This document shows, piece after piece, positions 29,717 through 37,552 of a stretch of DNA of 64,000 nucleotides. Position 1 is the stretch's first letter, and every line of letters starts with the position of its first letter. The stretch is taken from contig CANPXS010000001.1 in the NCBI GenBank assembly GCA_947586625.1, positions 4,001-68,000 on the forward strand. Reading direction: 5' to 3'. The DNA comes from an uncultured Clostridia bacterium. Lineage in GTDB: Bacteria; Bacillota; Clostridia; Oscillospirales; CAG-272. Both the position numbers and the translations under genes were made by a program. The notes beneath the pieces are model-generated. The model worked only from the letters and a program-made list of their open reading frames with translations. It ran no database searches and had not been told where the DNA came from.

Positions 29717-30472
29717 TCAGAACAAGTACAGCGCCTTATTCGGGAAATCAAGAAGTGAAAGCTGCTGCGAAAGTATTTGATATCCGATCACGCCGTCTAC
29801 GTCGCGCCTTTCGCGTATCTGAGAAATATCCGTAAACACCGCGTTCACATTTTTGTATACGCGAGACCCCGCCTTTATCTCGGGGACGACATATACGCCC
29901 GGCGAGTCCGCGAGCGGAGCGGCGTCTATCTTATCCGCAAGCTCGCTTGACAAAAGACACGTATTTGCGCCCGTGTCAAGGACGAATCTGTGCGTCTCGC
30001 CCGAGATCTCAAGCTCCACGACGGGCAGCCCTTCTATATAAAGCGGGAGCTTTTCCGCGCCGCAGGTGCTGATGTCGGGCGCAACCGTAATGACAGAGTG
30101 CTCATAGTCGAGCAGTATCGCCGCGCCTCCGAACGCCTCGATCCCGACGGAGCCGAGAAAGCGTATATCCGGCTCGACCGTCCTGAGCGCGTTTTCCACA
30201 TAATCCATATCCATGCGGATAACGGACAGGTCGTATACTTTGATATTTCCGAAAGCGAACTCATGCAGCGTCGATAGCACAGCGCCGTTGACCGCCATCC
30301 CTTCATTAAACAGCGCGACCTCTTTATTCTCGCCTAAAAGCTCGGGAAAATACTTGCCGTTCAGCGACGTCTGCATCGCTCCCGTGTCAAAAGCGAAGTA
30401 CCCCTCGACATCGCCGGCATCAGCCTTTATAAGTATTATCCCCAAAATATTTTTGAACTCTATTTTCTCCAT
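29717..30472 (-). CDS. fused-dimer retropepsin-like aspartyl protease, cytoplasmic
   Basis: 251 aa from MEKIEF (RBS GGGGGA). It has two halves, each with its own catalytic motif (FAFDTGAMQTSL and FVLDTGANTCLL) and a downstream G..G...L element. No signal peptide. Confidence 0.8.
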   Translation of the reverse strand: MEKIEFKNILGIILIKADAGDVEGYFAFDTGAMQTSLNGKYFPELLGENKEVALFNEGMAVNGAVLSTLHEFAFGNIKVYDLSVIRMDMDYVENALRTVEPDIRFLGSVGIEAFGGAAILLDYEHSVITVAPDISTCGAEKLPLYIEGLPVVELEISGETHRFVLDTGANTCLLSSELADKIDAAPLADSPGVYVVPEIKAGSRVYKNVNAVFTDISQIRERRDVDGVIGYQILSQQLSLLDFPNKALYLF

Positions 30473-30531
30473 GACTGTTTCCCCCGATAAGCAGCGCATG
30501 TTCTATGCGCTTTTTTCATTATTCCCCGCCG

Positions 30532-32784
30532 CTACAGCTTCTTCTCCGCAAATCTCGCCTTTATCTCATCGGTGCGCAACCGCTCCGTCATATACGCGCG
30601 GCGCAACAGCTCCGACGGAACGTAATCGTCGTACTTATCAAACGCCGGCGTCTCGTTGTCGCCGACGAGGTCGGCGACGTCGACGCCCGCCTCAAAGTCG
30701 GCGGCTATATTTCCGAGCAGCTCCTTCGCCGTCGTCTTCTCCATCTTGAACGAGATGAAGTAGCAACCCTCGTACTCGATGCCCGACAGCCCGAACCGCT
30801 TCGCATTCTTCGACAGATACCGCCGCAGCGTGCGGAACGATTTCGTCCCGAGCCACGGGAACATGCAGTACGTGAGTCCCCCGAGCGACACGAGCGGCGA
30901 GGACAGCATACCCGTGTTCCTCGCGACGCGGCGCGCGAGGTCGAGCCGCTTTGACGCGCCCGGCTTGAGATACGGATACTCCGTATCTTCCGCGAGCACG
31001 CGGTACATGCGCTCGAGTATGCGCGTGTGTATCTCGCCGAGTTCGCCCGGCCACGATATCTCCATCTTGCCCCCGACCGACTTGACGTATATCAGCTTGC
31101 GCGCAAGGTCGAGCTCCTCGACTTCCCAAACGCGTCCCGCGAGCGCGAATCTGTCGCCGACGGGCGGCGCCTCCGATATCGTGCCGATCTCGTCCGACTC
31201 ACAGCGGACCGTGTAATCCTCCGCATCCTTGAACACGGCGTAAAACTTGAATCCCGACGTCAGCCGTTCGCCCTTCATGCCGACGATCAGACCGCCCTCG
31301 TCGGTCAGCTCTAAAAAATCGTTTTTCACCATCGAGACGAGCAGCGTCCTGAAATCTTCCCTCTCGACAGCCTCGAACGGCGGCAGCGACAATATCCTGT
31401 CTGCGAGCCGCTTCGGCGACAGCTCGCCCGACGCGACGAGCGTCGACAGCGTCTGCTGAAAAAGGAGCGAGAACGGCATTTTCCTCGTCAGCGGCGGCTC
31501 TATGAACCGCTCCTCTATATAAAGCTGTATTATCGCTATCGCGCGCAAAAGCTCCCACGGCATCATCTGCGGCAGCGGCGTGTCCGGCACGGGCGCGTCC
31601 TCGCGGAACACCATCATCATTTCGGGCGGCTCTCCGCGCCGCCCCGACCTGCCGAGTCTTTGCAGAAACGACGACACCGAAATCGGCGACCCTATCTGCA
31701 CGATGCGCTCAAGCCTGCCTATATCTATGCCGAGCTCCATCGTGACAGTCGCACACGCCACCATGCGCTCCTCGTCGCTTTTGAGAAGCGTCTCCGCCTC
31801 CTCGCGTATCGACGCGGACAGATTGCCGTGATGTATCAGGAAAATATCGGGTTCGCGGCGATTCTCCGCGATCTGACGCAGCGTAGCGCACACATACTCC
31901 GTCTCCTCGCGCGAATTTGAAAACACGAGCGCGCGCCGCCCCTTCACGCAGTCGTACACATATTCATATCCGGGGTCGATCTCGCTCGGCATCTCGTCGG
32001 GCTCGAGCCCGAGATCGCCCTGCGACGGCGTTTTACGTATCTCATGCGTACCGACGTGCAGCGTCTCCTCGTCGGCGAGGTAAAAATGCTCGAGTCCGAG
32101 CCGCCACCGCAGCGGCACAGGCTTCACCTCCGGCACATCGCACACGCGCGTGTCGCCGCCCGACAGCCACTTAGCCGCGACCTCGACGTCGCCGACTGTC
32201 GCCGACAGTCCTATCCTGCGCGGACGGTGTCCGATCGCGCGCGAGATGCGTTCGAGCTGGCATATGACCTGATTGCCGCGGTCCGTGTTCGTCATCGTGT
32301 GTATCTCGTCGATTATGACGTAGCGCAGATCGGAAAATATGCGCGGTATGTCGTTCGGTCTGTTCATCAGCATAGACTCGAGCGACTCTGGCGTTATTTG
32401 CAGTATGCCCGCCGGCGACCGCAAAAGCTTCGCCTTGTGCGACTGCGCGACGTCGCCGTGCCAGTGATAGACGGGGATCCCCGTCGCGTCGAGCAGCTCG
32501 TCGACGCGCAGAAACTGATCGTTTATCAGACTCTTGAGCGGCGCGACGTATATCGCCCCGACGCTCTTCGGCGGGTCGGAGTAAAACTCCGACAAAATGG
32601 GGAACAGCGCCGCCTCCGTCTTGCCCGACGCCGTCGCCGACGTGATGAGCAGATTGTTGTCCGTGCAGAGTATAGTCTCCGCCGCCGCCAACTGTATCTC
32701 ATGCAGCCGCTCCCACCCGTGCGAATATATGTATTCCTGTATGAACGGCGAAAACCGCTCCATCACCTCTTCGGCTGATCTCAT
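30532..32784 (-). CDS. sngC: Lhr-like SF2 DExH helicase (Shango SngC-like)
   Basis: Motifs SATASGKTEAA, YVAPLKSLINDQ, VIIDEIHTM, GLSATVGD, ELGIDIG and QRLGRSGRRGE. ATG at 32784; the TTG-start extension to 32856 translates a repeat hairpin. Confidence 0.85.
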   Translation of the reverse strand: MRSAEEVMERFSPFIQEYIYSHGWERLHEIQLAAAETILCTDNNLLITSATASGKTEAALFPILSEFYSDPPKSVGAIYVAPLKSLINDQFLRVDELLDATGIPVYHWHGDVAQSHKAKLLRSPAGILQITPESLESMLMNRPNDIPRIFSDLRYVIIDEIHTMTNTDRGNQVICQLERISRAIGHRPRRIGLSATVGDVEVAAKWLSGGDTRVCDVPEVKPVPLRWRLGLEHFYLADEETLHVGTHEIRKTPSQGDLGLEPDEMPSEIDPGYEYVYDCVKGRRALVFSNSREETEYVCATLRQIAENRREPDIFLIHHGNLSASIREEAETLLKSDEERMVACATVTMELGIDIGRLERIVQIGSPISVSSFLQRLGRSGRRGEPPEMMMVFREDAPVPDTPLPQMMPWELLRAIAIIQLYIEERFIEPPLTRKMPFSLLFQQTLSTLVASGELSPKRLADRILSLPPFEAVEREDFRTLLVSMVKNDFLELTDEGGLIVGMKGERLTSGFKFYAVFKDAEDYTVRCESDEIGTISEAPPVGDRFALAGRVWEVEELDLARKLIYVKSVGGKMEISWPGELGEIHTRILERMYRVLAEDTEYPYLKPGASKRLDLARRVARNTGMLSSPLVSLGGLTYCMFPWLGTKSFRTLRRYLSKNAKRFGLSGIEYEGCYFISFKMEKTTAKELLGNIAADFEAGVDVADLVGDNETPAFDKYDDYVPSELLRRAYMTERLRTDEIKARFAEKKL

Positions 32785-32798
32785 GGTTTGATTTATAT

Positions 32799-33280
32799 CC
32801 GGAGGGAAAGGGACTTTTTGAAAAGTCCCTCTCCCTCCGGACCTCCCTCTCTTCAAAAACTTTTATTATATTTTTTATTTTGGCAAAGTAAACGGAAACA
32901 ATATCTTCGGAGATAGCTTAAGATATGCACTAATCGGTCCGCTTTTGTGCGAGGAGCATCTCCTCACTTCGTTCGGAGCTGCCACACTTTCCGCAAAGCG
33001 GAAAGTGTCGGAGGTTTGGAGCGTAAGCGACAAAACTCCCAACTTTCTACAAAAAGGTTCCTCGCAAATGAAAGAAGTCCCTCTCCCATTAATCACTATA
33101 TTTCAAAAACTTTTATTTCTTTTCTATTTTTACAAATCTGACGAAAACAATATCTTCAGGGCGGACTTAAGATAATCACTAATCGGTCCGCTTTTGGAGA
33201 AGGTAGGGGACACCTTTTACAAAAAGGGGTCCCCGAAACAAAAAAGTTTCCCCCATCTTATATCCCAAAAACTTATCACC
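32799..33280 (+). repeat. composite structured intergenic repeat, copy R2 (two tandem units)
   Basis: Hairpin CCGGAGGGAAAGGGAC..GTCCCTCTCCCTCCGG (32799-32840). It is followed by the tail, module C and module B (hairpin 32984-33008), then a second hairpin, tail, module C and hairpin. Same orientation as R1. Confidence 0.9.
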
Positions 33281-34708
33281 TTATATCACGATATCGTTCG
33301 GGTCAAAATCTGCACGTGCCGGCCTCGTCTCTGCCGCACCGACCGACTCGCCATCGCCCTTATCCTCATCGATCGCACTGTCGCCGCCCTCGTCGCTGAC
33401 GCCTCCCTCGTCGCCGTCTCCGACCGGCGTGAGCTTGACAGCGTCGCCGAGGATATCGGCAAATTCCGCCTCGGGATTCTGATAAAGGATATTGAGCACC
33501 GATATATAATCGCGTATTATCTCACGCGGCGTAATCATGATATTCGCGCCCGCCGTCTCGAGACAGACGCGGACGAACGTCTCGGGGTCGCCCTCCGACA
33601 CGCGCGGCTGCCAGTTATAGTAAAGCGCATGCAGCGCCGTCACGCGCAGGACGAGCGCCAACAGCTCGTTATCCGACAGCCTGCGCAGCCTTATGACGGG
33701 GCCGAGCATATTGCGGTACTCGCCGCTGTCGAACCTGCCGTCTGCGAGTCTGCCGCGCAGCGCCTCATAGCTGAAAAGTCCGCGACGTCTGTCCTCCAAA
33801 AACTGCGGCGTGCCGCCGAACACGAGCATCAGATGCTCCGCCCTGCCCTCGAGCGTGTCGTTATACATGGACAGTATCTTTTCGTAGTTGTTTTCGCGGC
33901 TCGTGCGATTCGGTATCTTATATAGGTTGACGCACTCGTCGATGAACACGACGAGTCCCGAATATCCTATCCCTGCGGCGAGGCGCGAGATCAGCTTGAT
34001 ATACTCGTACCAGTTGTCGTCGCCGACGATGCCGCCGACGCGCAGCGCCGCCTTCGCCTCCGTCTTGGTGTTGTACTCGCCGCGCAGATACCGCATGCAC
34101 GCGCTTTTCGACTCCTCGTCGCCGCTTTCGCACGCGTCGAAATATCTCGACAGCACGAGCGCGAAGTCAAAGCCGCCGACGCCGCCCTCTAACTCGCGCA
34201 CCGTGTCGAAAATCCTTGCGCGCACGGTCTTGTCAAACTCATCGCTGCCGACCGCAAAGCCGTCCGCCGCGACTCTCGACTTTATATCCGATATCCACTT
34301 AGCCAAAATCTGCGGCAGCGCGCCGCCGTCCGGCGACGACTTCGTCGCAAGATTGCGCACAAGCTCGCGGTACGTCGCAACGCCAGCGCCAGACGACCCG
34401 CACAGCCTGCGTTCTATCGAGAGGTCGCAGTCTGCGGTGACGAATCCCCTTTCGAGTGCGTAGCCGCGCAAAAGCTGTATCAGAAAACTCTTACCCGAGC
34501 CGTAGCGCCCGATGAGGAATCTCATCGCGCCCTCGCCCTCGGCGACGCGCTTCATATCGTCCGTCATCGCCGCGATCTCATCCGTCCTGCCTATCGCGAT
34601 ATAGGGCGCGCCCGCGCGCGGCACGACTCCCGCCGACAGCGAATTCATCAGCTGCGACAGTATTCGCCTCGGCACCCTCTCCGCGGACTGTGTATTTATA
34701 TAGGGCAT
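33281..34708 (-). CDS. sngB: DUF2791-type P-loop ATPase (Shango SngB-like)
   Basis: 475 aa with Walker A GRYGSGKS, Walker B GLVVFIDE and an acidic C-terminal tail. It lies between the TerB-like and helicase genes. Confidence 0.8.
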   Translation of the reverse strand: MPYINTQSAERVPRRILSQLMNSLSAGVVPRAGAPYIAIGRTDEIAAMTDDMKRVAEGEGAMRFLIGRYGSGKSFLIQLLRGYALERGFVTADCDLSIERRLCGSSGAGVATYRELVRNLATKSSPDGGALPQILAKWISDIKSRVAADGFAVGSDEFDKTVRARIFDTVRELEGGVGGFDFALVLSRYFDACESGDEESKSACMRYLRGEYNTKTEAKAALRVGGIVGDDNWYEYIKLISRLAAGIGYSGLVVFIDECVNLYKIPNRTSRENNYEKILSMYNDTLEGRAEHLMLVFGGTPQFLEDRRRGLFSYEALRGRLADGRFDSGEYRNMLGPVIRLRRLSDNELLALVLRVTALHALYYNWQPRVSEGDPETFVRVCLETAGANIMITPREIIRDYISVLNILYQNPEAEFADILGDAVKLTPVGDGDEGGVSDEGGDSAIDEDKGDGESVGAAETRPARADFDPNDIVI

Positions 34709-34714
34709 ATGGTT

Positions 34715-35015
34715 TATTCCCGGGGGAAAAACTTTTTATAAGAAAGTTGGCGTTTCCTTCGTAAACGCACGAGTTTTCTTCAAAAACTCTGTCCCCCCGA
34801 ACCCCCTTTTCAAAAACTTTTATTGACAATTTTTAATTATTGGTCAGGTAAAATTTAGTGCGGCTCCGAGCGCAGCGGCGAGCCGCCGATCGCTTTTGGG
34901 GAGGGGTGCGGGGAACACCTTTTCTTGGAAAAGGGGTTATCCGCCTTGTCCAAAAAAGTTTTCCCTCCGGACCTCCCTTTCAAAAACTTTTCCTGACTTT
35001 TTTATCTTACTATGA
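34715..35015 (+). repeat. composite structured intergenic repeat, copy R3 (diverged)
   Basis: It contains the tail motif TTCAAAAACT three times, G-rich/C-rich hairpins, and CCCTCCGGACCTCCCTTTCAAAAACTTTT shared with R2. Module C is degenerate (GCCGATCGCTTTTGG). Confidence 0.75.
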
Positions 35016-35020
35016 CTTTT

Positions 35021-36859
35021 TTACTCTAAATCCTGTCTGTAATCTTCAACGACTGCGTAGCCCCCGTCGCCGCCGGCTTCGAGCACGATATCGCCGATCT
35101 CGTCCGTTTCGGTCGCCGCATCGTTTATGCGCGCCGCGACCTCGTCCGCATAAATGCCGCGTTCGCGGCAATACTCGCCCTGCGCGTCAACACCCGCACC
35201 CGCAAGCACGAGACGCAGGAATCCCGCAGCGTCCCCGTCGAGCCGCGAATAAAGCCCGCCGCCGCTTACATCATCGCTTATTTCCGCCTTCGCGACTTCG
35301 ACCGCGTTCTCAACCGCATCTTCCACCGCATCCGCAACCGCAGTTGTATCCGTATCGTCGGCTTCAGCTTCCGTCTCCGTCAAAAGCTCCGTCGACGCCC
35401 ACGACGCACGCTCTATCTCCGCCGCGCTCTCCGCGTCCATGCCCACCGACAGCGCCTCGTACATGCTCCCGTCGTAGTCGCCGCCGAAAACGATGTCGTC
35501 GCTATTCTCGCCGTCCGCGCGCGTCGACTTCTTCGTTCTGTAAAACTGCGTCGGGAACTCGCGCGCAAAGTACTCGTCGACGAGCGACGCCAAATCGGGC
35601 GCAAGCTCGCCCACGCGCAGACGCGCCTTTATCCCGAGGCAAGACCGCAGCTTATTCTCCGCATATTTGACAAGCTCCGTTGCCGTCGACCGCAGTTCCC
35701 GCGACCGCACATACGACAGATACTCGATGTCGATGCGGCACTTGACGTTGTGCGCGCAAAGCGACCCGCAGAACGCGTCCCGCGAAACGACCGCCTCCCT
35801 CATCGACCCGCGCGATAACATATCGCCCCGCCGCTCAATGACATATCCGACGGCACCCGGCATATGGCGCTTGTATTCGTCCGCAGTTTTCTCTTCGAGC
35901 GCAAATTTGCTCTTCTGCCAATGGTAATCGGACGAAAGATCCATCCACGACCCGGCGCCGATGCTGCCGCCGTCGCCGGACATATAGAACTCCTTCAGCG
36001 TCGCCGCTTCGAGCACGGCGGGCAGAATGGGCGCAAGCTGCTCGAGCGGCGCTTGCAGACGGTTGATGAGACAGTAATCCGCCACCCATTCCGACAGGTA
36101 CTTGTCGAGCACCTTGTCCTTTTCCCTGTACGCGAGCCACACCGCGCACAAACTGCGCACGCCGTCCTCGGGCGCGATGACGCCGCGCAGATTAATTATC
36201 TCATACACATACAAAAGCACGTACGAGAACGACGCCGGCAGCCAAACTCCCGCCCTCGCGTTCTCGCGCCACCAAAGATAGTACGACAGCTGCGCCTTCG
36301 ACATCTGCCTGTACTGCGGCGTATACGAGAAGAAATCGACTTTTTCGCACTCGTGACCCTTCACATCCGCGTACCGCTTCGCGTCAAAGCGGAACTGCTC
36401 GTAAAAGCTGTACCGTGACGGCCACTGCATGACGCGCACACGCTTGATGAGGCCGTGCTCGGGCTCGTATTCGAGTATCGGCTCCGCCGTCGTACGCGAT
36501 GTGCGCGAGACGCTCTCGCGTCTCGGCAGGCGTAGCCTGTCCGCGTCCGTGTCCGTGTCATTATCAATATCTATATCAATACCGCCGCCGCCGCCAGACG
36601 ACCCGGTCATATTTACATTTATGTTTATATTTCTGTCTATGTTTACATTCGCGTTTATATTCACATTCGCGCCCGTGACCTCGCGGAACCGCGCCGACAG
36701 ACTGCCTCGCCCCCGCTGCGTCTCCGTCCTTGACGCTTCCGGCGCACCGAACTCTATTTCCACCGTCTCGACGTCGCGCTCGCGCCTTTGCACCGGCGGA
36801 CGCTTTTTCGGCACGAGAGAGGACAGATCCCAGAAGTCGTCCTTGTTCGTTTCAGCCAT
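35021..36859 (-). CDS. sngA: TerB-N/TerB-C domain protein (Shango SngA-like)
   Basis: 612 aa from MAETNKDDFWD (RBS GAAAGGAGAG). TerB-N-like core FFSYTPQYRQMSKAQLSYYLWWRENARAG. TerB-C-like tail ..ADEVAARINDAATETDEIGDIVLE..YAVVEDY. The ORF extension to 37108 lies in repeats. Confidence 0.8.
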   Translation of the reverse strand: MAETNKDDFWDLSSLVPKKRPPVQRRERDVETVEIEFGAPEASRTETQRGRGSLSARFREVTGANVNINANVNIDRNININVNMTGSSGGGGGIDIDIDNDTDTDADRLRLPRRESVSRTSRTTAEPILEYEPEHGLIKRVRVMQWPSRYSFYEQFRFDAKRYADVKGHECEKVDFFSYTPQYRQMSKAQLSYYLWWRENARAGVWLPASFSYVLLYVYEIINLRGVIAPEDGVRSLCAVWLAYREKDKVLDKYLSEWVADYCLINRLQAPLEQLAPILPAVLEAATLKEFYMSGDGGSIGAGSWMDLSSDYHWQKSKFALEEKTADEYKRHMPGAVGYVIERRGDMLSRGSMREAVVSRDAFCGSLCAHNVKCRIDIEYLSYVRSRELRSTATELVKYAENKLRSCLGIKARLRVGELAPDLASLVDEYFAREFPTQFYRTKKSTRADGENSDDIVFGGDYDGSMYEALSVGMDAESAAEIERASWASTELLTETEAEADDTDTTAVADAVEDAVENAVEVAKAEISDDVSGGGLYSRLDGDAAGFLRLVLAGAGVDAQGEYCRERGIYADEVAARINDAATETDEIGDIVLEAGGDGGYAVVEDYRQDLE

Positions 36860-36908
36860 GATCCGCACTCTCCTTTCGGCATAAAAAACATTTGTTCTAT
36901 ATCGTATT

Positions 36909-36937
36909 ATTATACCACAAAATTGCGATTTTGTCAA
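36909..36937 (-). promoter_or_regulatory. consensus extended -10 promoter of the Shango-like operon
   Basis: On the minus strand: TTGACA (36937-36932), 17-bp spacer ending in TGG, TATAAT (36914-36909). It lies about 50 nt upstream of the sngA-like ATG. Confidence 0.75.
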
Positions 36938-37019
36938 TCCGTTCGCAACGTTTTTTTGACGCTGCCGCCAAAAAAATAAGCGGGAGATGTGGTGCGAAAG
37001 AAAAATTGTAAGTGTATAT

Positions 37020-37542
37020 TTTGAAACGAGAGAAACTTTTTTCATTTGCGAGGAACCTTTTTGTAGAAAGTTGGGAGTTTTGTCGCTTACGCTCCAAACC
37101 TCCGACACTTTCCGCTTTGCGAAAATGTGTGTGTAACGTCTTCTCGTTACACTCGAAGCCGTCCTGCACTTTCCGCTTCGCGGAAAGTGTGGCAGCTCCG
37201 AGCAAAGCGAGGAGATGCTCCTCGCACAAAAGCGGACCGATTAGTGCATATCTTAAGCTATCTCCAAAATTATTGTTTCCGTTTACTTTGAAAAAACTTG
37301 TCATAAAAATTCTTGAAATATAGGTGTTAATGGGAGAGAAACTTTTTTCAGTTGCGAGGAACCTTTTTGTAAAAGTTTCCTCCCGCTCCTCCAAAAGCGG
37401 ACCGATTAGTGATTATCTTAAGCTATCTCCGAGGATATTGTTTCCGGTTGCTTTTTCAAAAGAAAAAATTGTAATAAAAGTTCTTGAAAAGAGAGGGTGC
37501 AGGGAGAGAAAAACTTCTTTCAAGAAGTTTTTCTCTCCCTGC
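37020..37542 (-). repeat. composite structured intergenic repeat, copy R4 (two units, inverted relative to R1-R3)
   Basis: Reverse complement of the R2/R1 module order. The long unit 37028-37290 has a 61-nt internal hairpin duplication. The short unit ends in hairpin 37499-37542, which abuts the csaB stop codon (37553). Confidence 0.9.
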
Positions 37543-37552
37543 AATAAACACC

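Noticed and set aside
29424-37542. Integron-like cassette array, with structured repeats between promoterless genes acting as attC sites.
   Set aside because: There is no integron integrase and no attI. The repeats lack the R''/L''-L'/R' core-site organisation (no GTTRRRY cores), are far longer than attC sites, and occur in tandem.
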